32,891 nt of DNA. Origin: an uncultured Collinsella sp. Its GTDB lineage: Bacteria > Actinomycetota > Coriobacteriia > Coriobacteriales > Coriobacteriaceae. The translations under genes were made by a program, and so were the position numbers. Every line of letters begins with the position of its first letter. Position 1 is the stretch's first letter. The notes beneath the pieces are model-generated. The model was given only the letters and a program-made list of their open reading frames with translations, was not told the origin of the DNA and ran no database searches. Location: the NCBI GenBank assembly GCA_900552425.1, contig URZR01000001.1, positions 1-32,891 of the forward strand, given 5' to 3'. Of the stretch, positions 28,455 through 32,891 are shown in pieces.

Positions 28455-28673
28455 GTGTTTTCGTATATTAAGCGCCATTGGCCTGTCTACGTGATTTTGA
28501 CCTTGATTGCCATTGCGTTAGGATTTGGGGCTGCCTACATCGTGGGTGCAAAGGGCTCGACCCCCGCCTCCGCAATCAGCGAAGAGGTGGAGCAAGAACA
28601 GAGTACGGGTGCCGATGGGATTCCTGAGTCCGAGCAGGCAATCGTTGATGGTGGATCTTCGTCTGCAGAGTAG
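28455..28673 (+). CDS. Small single-TM hypothetical protein
   Basis: TAAGGAG RBS, GTG start, one hydrophobic helix and an acidic tail. Confidence 0.75.
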   Translation: MFSYIKRHWPVYVILTLIAIALGFGAAYIVGAKGSTPASAISEEVEQEQSTGADGIPESEQAIVDGGSSSAE

Positions 28674-28694
28674 ATACGGCGATTTACATGATTG

Positions 28695-28732
28695 AAAGCG
28701 GGCGAGCCGGGGGACTGGCTCGCCCGCTTTTT
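28695..28732. terminator. Probably bidirectional terminator
   Basis: AAAGCGGGCGAGCC/GGCTCGCCCGCTTT stem between convergent genes. Confidence 0.8.
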
Positions 28733-28739
28733 CATCGCG

Positions 28740-31700
28740 CTAACGCTTCTTTGGGATTGACCTAAGGCGAGCGAACCATAGGGCTGCGGCACCCGAGGTC
28801 AGGAGCGCGGTGATGCAAGCGGCGATGGGAACTGATCCTGTTGCCGGTAGGTCCTGCAGTAGGGTACAGCGTTGAATGACACGGTCCTCGTCATGTGACT
28901 CAAGTTTATCGCCGCCGCCGTTGCGGCAAAGATCGACGCGTGCGCTGTTGGTGAGTGCGGTTTGGGGCGTATAAGCCGACGTCGCCTGCATGTGCACGAT
29001 TGCGCCCCGAGCGTCTGTGCCAAGGATTGCTTTGGCATCGTCAAGGTCGTCGTGCTCATCTTTGAGATCATCGCGGGTCCAAGAATCCGCATCGCTTCGA
29101 GTCGTAAAGTCGGCGGCTACCGCACCGTATTCAATTCGAATGCCCGTTACGACGGTATTGGGTGTAAGGTCGAGCTCTTCCGCCTCGAGTGTGGTGGATT
29201 CCGTGGTCGAGACATCCGCCTTCCAGAGTCGCCAGCCGTCGTAATCGACGAGGCGACAGTCCTCACCAAGGCTCTCTTTTACTTCGTCGGACTCAAGCCA
29301 AGGATTTTCGTGTCCATCGTCAAGTGTCGCGTTCGCCGGTTCATCGACGTCTGTCGAGTCCAACGGCGTCGTGCGATACCACACGTTGCACAGACCGTTG
29401 AGGTCGCCGATGGCGACGGGGGTTTCGATTGAGATGAATCTCGCCGTGCCGTCTTTGGCGCACTCAAGATCATCGATAATCGTAAACTCATCAACCCAAG
29501 TAGCGGAATCGTTTCGAGCATCGATGGTATAGGAGAAAAGCCCATCACTATTGGTTTGCGTCGTGGCGCGGTTTTTACCATCGCCGTTAGCCAACAGGCC
29601 CTTTTCGATAGGTTGGACAAGTTCCTGACGCTTGTCGACCTGCCCCTTGATCTCGATGGGCGCATCCTTCATCGCGACGGATTGGACTTCTCCCGTATCT
29701 TTTATTTCAAACGTTATCTCCTCGGCAAGGTCATAGGTCCGCGGAGACATCATTTCGCGCAACGAGTAGGTGCCGGGTGCAAGATGTTCGATGCGGTGCG
29801 GCTTGTCGGATGAGGTCCAGGAGTCTATTTCGGTTTTATCGGGACCATATAAGGTGAGCTGTGCACCTTTCACTTCCTGCTCTCCGCTTGCATCGACCTT
29901 GGAGATATCAACCTTGGTGTAATCGTCGGATACGTTAAGCCGTGCTTCCACAACGGGTGTTTTCTGGTCGGCATAGATAAGGTCGACGATATGGTGCGTC
30001 CGGTCGAGTAAGAAGCCGGTCGGCGCTTGAGTCTCGACAACCTCGTAGCGTGCGGTGCCAGATCCCAGCGGGAGGTCGTCCGCGCGTGCCTCTCCAGTTT
30101 CATCCGTCGCGACGGTCGCGACGGTCTCACCGTCGAGCGCGGCAATGCTACCATCGGGGCGCACGATATCACCCGAGGCACGGATCTCAAAGATGGCGCC
30201 CGCGAGGCTGCTGCCGTCTACGGCATCGGTTTTAACGATCCTGATGTTTCCGGTCGCGGCGTGGTCATAATACGAGGCGATTGCAATGGGCGTTAGGTTC
30301 ATGTCGGCGGGTATGTTTACCTCGATCTCTTCACCGACAAGATAGGGCTCTTTGGCCGAGGTTTCGCGTACATAATAGGTGCCCGGCACGAGCGATTCGG
30401 GCAGTGTGACGGTGCCGGTCGCGTCAGTCGTAAAGGTGTCCATTACATTATGTGCTGGATACCAGCATGTTTGTGAGACAGGTTTGTGATTGCTGTCGAG
30501 GAGTTGGAAGGTGAATCCGGCTAGCGGAACAGAAGCGCCTGTTTGGGCATCGCGTTTTACAATCTGGAGATGCGTCGACAGAGCGTGGTTGTCCACGATA
30601 TATTGAAGCTCGGCGCCGTCGGAAATCTGATTGGCCCCGACGGTCCATTCCCCTGCACGTTTAAAACCCTCGGGGACGGTTTCCGGAACCTCGCGAACGG
30701 TGTAGCCGGCGCGGTCGTATGGGATGGCTCCGTGGACACCGGCGGGTCGCTTGCCTGCGCCGAACCATGCTTCGGGCTGATCTTTGGTGGAGGCAAAGCC
30801 ATAGATGTTTGTGGTCAGTGTGCCAACAACCTGCTGAGAGCTGTTGCTGACAACCTCAAAGACAACACCTCCCGCCGGCTGCTCCAGGCCGGATTGGTCG
30901 CTATTGCCGTAATCCTTGAATTTGGAAATCTCAAGGTCAAACGCAATGGGGATATCGGAAACGCGAGATTCGATCTCGACCACGCCTGAATCGCCGAGCT
31001 GGTCGGCTCCAACGGTATAGGTCCAGCTGTCGTTGGATGGCAGGTAGCCCTCGGGGGCTTTTGATTCGTAGATGGTAAAGGTTCCTAAGGGGACATCGGC
31101 GAGGGTGGCCCGACCGCTTTCGTCGGTCGTGAGGATCTGTGCCCATCCAGGGGTTGATTGCGACACACACGTGAACTCTGCTCCTGCGAGTGAAGATCCC
31201 ACCTGGGGGCCGGCATTCGTCGCGGCATCGAGTTTTACGATACGCAGGTTGATGGTGCCGGGCTGTTCATCGATGGCGACCTGCCCGCCGTCATTCCCCG
31301 TGGTAAAGGCAATGCGATCGTGGCGGGGGACATAGCCGGTCGGCGCCTTCGTTTCAACTAGGTAGTATGCCGTGTTGGGCAGAAGTGTTGCTTGCGCTTG
31401 ACCGTTGCTGTCCATCTTGATGGTGCCGACACGCGCGCCGCTGGCGCTCTCAAAAACATCGAACGTTGCCCCGTCAAACTGATAAGTATTGTTTCCGCTG
31501 GTAATGGCAGCGTTTGCAGACTGCTTTTGGAAGGAAACAGAGACCGCCGGCAGTACATAGAGCATGTCTTGACGTTTGCTGCCGCCCGATACGGCCCCTA
31601 GATAGCGCCGCGCGCGGTGCGGAGCGGCTTTGATGCTTCCTGATTTTGCGCTGTCGTGGAGCCATCGCGCAGCCGCCACGACTTCATTGTCGGCGGTAAA

Positions 31701-32171
31701 GTGCCCACTCTTGGTTTTGCCCTGAGCGGTCGTGTAGGAGTAGGTGCCGTCGACACGGGTAGTGCCGTTGAGCATCCATACGGCAAGCTGGGTGGCGGCG
31801 CGGGCGCGATCGGGTGAAAGATGGTAACCGCCAAACGACGTGGCGGTAGGATATCCGTGACAAACGATTGCCGCGAACTCGTCGTCGAGCCACACCCAGC
31901 CTTGATCAAAGTTGAGCCATGGGCCGCCCGGCTTGGTGGGCCCGGGGCGTTCCTGGTTCATGCAGTAGGCAATCGAGGCGTCTTGAGCTTCATACTTGCC
32001 GATAAAGAAGGGCCCACAATCATCGCTAATAGTACGGAAGCCGAGCTGGTCGTAGCCATCGACGGCAAATGCGGCTCCCGGTGCCAGGCAGCCGAACAGC
32101 AGGAAGAGGAGCAGGAGCAGCGGACCTGTTGCGATTGCGCTGTGGACAGAGTGCGTGGGTGCGTTGGACAT
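28740..32171 (-). CDS. Sortase-anchored surface adhesin with a thioester domain and SpaA/CnaB-like repeats
   Basis: Signal peptide; IAYCMN and ATQLAVW thioester-domain motifs; repeated KxD...GAxF...YxxxETxAPxGY units; LPATG, TM helix and KKR tail. Confidence 0.88.
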   Translation of the reverse strand: MSNAPTHSVHSAIATGPLLLLLFLLFGCLAPGAAFAVDGYDQLGFRTISDDCGPFFIGKYEAQDASIAYCMNQERPGPTKPGGPWLNFDQGWVWLDDEFAAIVCHGYPTATSFGGYHLSPDRARAATQLAVWMLNGTTRVDGTYSYTTAQGKTKSGHFTADNEVVAAARWLHDSAKSGSIKAAPHRARRYLGAVSGGSKRQDMLYVLPAVSVSFQKQSANAAITSGNNTYQFDGATFDVFESASGARVGTIKMDSNGQAQATLLPNTAYYLVETKAPTGYVPRHDRIAFTTGNDGGQVAIDEQPGTINLRIVKLDAATNAGPQVGSSLAGAEFTCVSQSTPGWAQILTTDESGRATLADVPLGTFTIYESKAPEGYLPSNDSWTYTVGADQLGDSGVVEIESRVSDIPIAFDLEISKFKDYGNSDQSGLEQPAGGVVFEVVSNSSQQVVGTLTTNIYGFASTKDQPEAWFGAGKRPAGVHGAIPYDRAGYTVREVPETVPEGFKRAGEWTVGANQISDGAELQYIVDNHALSTHLQIVKRDAQTGASVPLAGFTFQLLDSNHKPVSQTCWYPAHNVMDTFTTDATGTVTLPESLVPGTYYVRETSAKEPYLVGEEIEVNIPADMNLTPIAIASYYDHAATGNIRIVKTDAVDGSSLAGAIFEIRASGDIVRPDGSIAALDGETVATVATDETGEARADDLPLGSGTARYEVVETQAPTGFLLDRTHHIVDLIYADQKTPVVEARLNVSDDYTKVDISKVDASGEQEVKGAQLTLYGPDKTEIDSWTSSDKPHRIEHLAPGTYSLREMMSPRTYDLAEEITFEIKDTGEVQSVAMKDAPIEIKGQVDKRQELVQPIEKGLLANGDGKNRATTQTNSDGLFSYTIDARNDSATWVDEFTIIDDLECAKDGTARFISIETPVAIGDLNGLCNVWYRTTPLDSTDVDEPANATLDDGHENPWLESDEVKESLGEDCRLVDYDGWRLWKADVSTTESTTLEAEELDLTPNTVVTGIRIEYGAVAADFTTRSDADSWTRDDLKDEHDDLDDAKAILGTDARGAIVHMQATSAYTPQTALTNSARVDLCRNGGGDKLESHDEDRVIQRCTLLQDLPATGSVPIAACITALLTSGAAALWFARLRSIPKKR

Positions 32172-32425
32172 GGCTGCTCCTTATCCCTCGTGCGCCGCAT
32201 GGGGAGGTTGCGACGCGTAGGATGAGGCTACCCCCGAGGTTCATGCGGGTAAGTACCGGAGCCTGACCAAAAGCTTGCCCGATTTCTGACAAATTGGGCT
32301 CAAATACAACAATCAAGCAAAAGCGCAGGTAGAAGATGGGGAGAACAGGAGGTCAAAGGTCTTCATCTCCACAATTGACGCGATTTTCAAACGATTCTCC
32401 ACAGCTAAAACAAGCATCGCCACCC

Positions 32426-32455
32426 TTGTCTCGAACAAGACAACCGCGTTATACT
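32426..32455 (+). promoter_or_regulatory. Promoter of tRNA-Gly
   Basis: TTGTCT-N18-TATACT, 13 nt upstream of the tRNA. Confidence 0.55.
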
Positions 32456-32468
32456 AGCCAACACACAA

Positions 32469-32543
32469 GCGGGCATCGCCAAGTGGTAAGGCATCAGCTT
32501 CCCAAGCTGACACTCGCGGGTTCGAATCCCGTTGCCCGCTCCA
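32469..32543 (+). tRNA. tRNA-Gly (CCC)
   Basis: GCGGGCATCGCCAAGTGGTAAGGC-ATCAGC-TTCCCAA-GCTGA...GGTTCGAATCCCGTTGCCCGCTCCA. Confidence 0.96.
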
Positions 32544-32554
32544 GTTAAGAGCAC

Positions 32555-32587
32555 AAGCACGGCACCATCACGGTGCCGTGCTTTTTT
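32555..32587 (+). terminator. Terminator of tRNA-Gly
   Basis: AAGCACGGCACC/GGTGCCGTGCTT stem followed by TTTT. Confidence 0.85.
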
Positions 32588-32598
32588 CAATAAAGTGC

Positions 32599-32866
32599 CG
32601 GGACTCGAACCCGACAGGGTGCGAGCGTAAAGCAAACGCGAAGCGTTTGTAGCGAGCAGGCGAAGGCGCCGGCAGGCGCCTGAAGCCGGTGCGGATTTGC
32701 GAAGCAAATACGCGGACGTCCCGTTGCCCGCTCCCTCAGCAACGGGAGACGCTGGGACACACGGCTCGACCGGGTCTCCTTCAGTGGTTCCGTGGGCCGG
32801 AGCATGCCGACCGCAGCCGGTGCGGATTTGCGAAGCAAATACGCGGACGTCCCGCTGCCCGCTCCA
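32599..32866 (+). repeat. tRNA-linked repeat array ending in copies of the tRNA-Gly 3' end
   Basis: 51-bp direct repeat at 32684-32734 and 32815-32865 (1 mismatch), each ending TCCCG[T/C]TGCCCGCTCC. Confidence 0.9.
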
Positions 32867-32891
32867 ATTCCAAAATGTTAGGTTCATGCCT

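Noticed and set aside
32365..32403. Two TCTCCACA words resembling DnaA boxes
   Set aside because: Too short, far from oriC, and unlike the box variant seen at the origin.
28740..32468. Adhesin as part of an island integrated at tRNA-Gly
   Set aside because: It lies on the 5' side of the tRNA, with no integrase and no att duplication flanking it.
32684..32865. Repeat-spacer-repeat as a CRISPR array
   Set aside because: Only two 51-bp repeats, an 80-bp spacer, tRNA-derived ends and no cas genes in view.

Overview
This window is the chromosomal replication-origin region of a high-GC Actinomycetota genome; the gene content and proteins suggest Coriobacteriia (Collinsella-like), which is an inference. 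In order it contains: the 3' part of an IS110/IS1111-family element with a structured non-coding right end, abutting the terminator of a tRNA-Ile/tRNA-Ala pair; a ~185-bp palindrome; gyrA, gyrB, dciA-like, recF, dnaN, oriC and dnaA (all minus strand); an unusual GHKL-ATPase/Q-rich/winged-helix gene directly upstream of dnaA; rpmH-rnpA-yidD-yidC-jag-rsmG; three perfect parS sites and parA-parB; rlmN; ddl and an exonuclease-DinG fusion; a PafBC-like WYL pair; a split and probably inactive M28-like membrane protein; a sortase-anchored thioester/CnaB adhesin; and tRNA-Gly followed by repeats that end in copies of its own 3' end. The best leads are the dnaA-coupled GHKL-wHTH gene together with a non-canonical DnaA box and altered DnaA domain IV, the putative IS110 guide RNA with a 9-nt match to its own flank, and the tRNA-linked repeat array.
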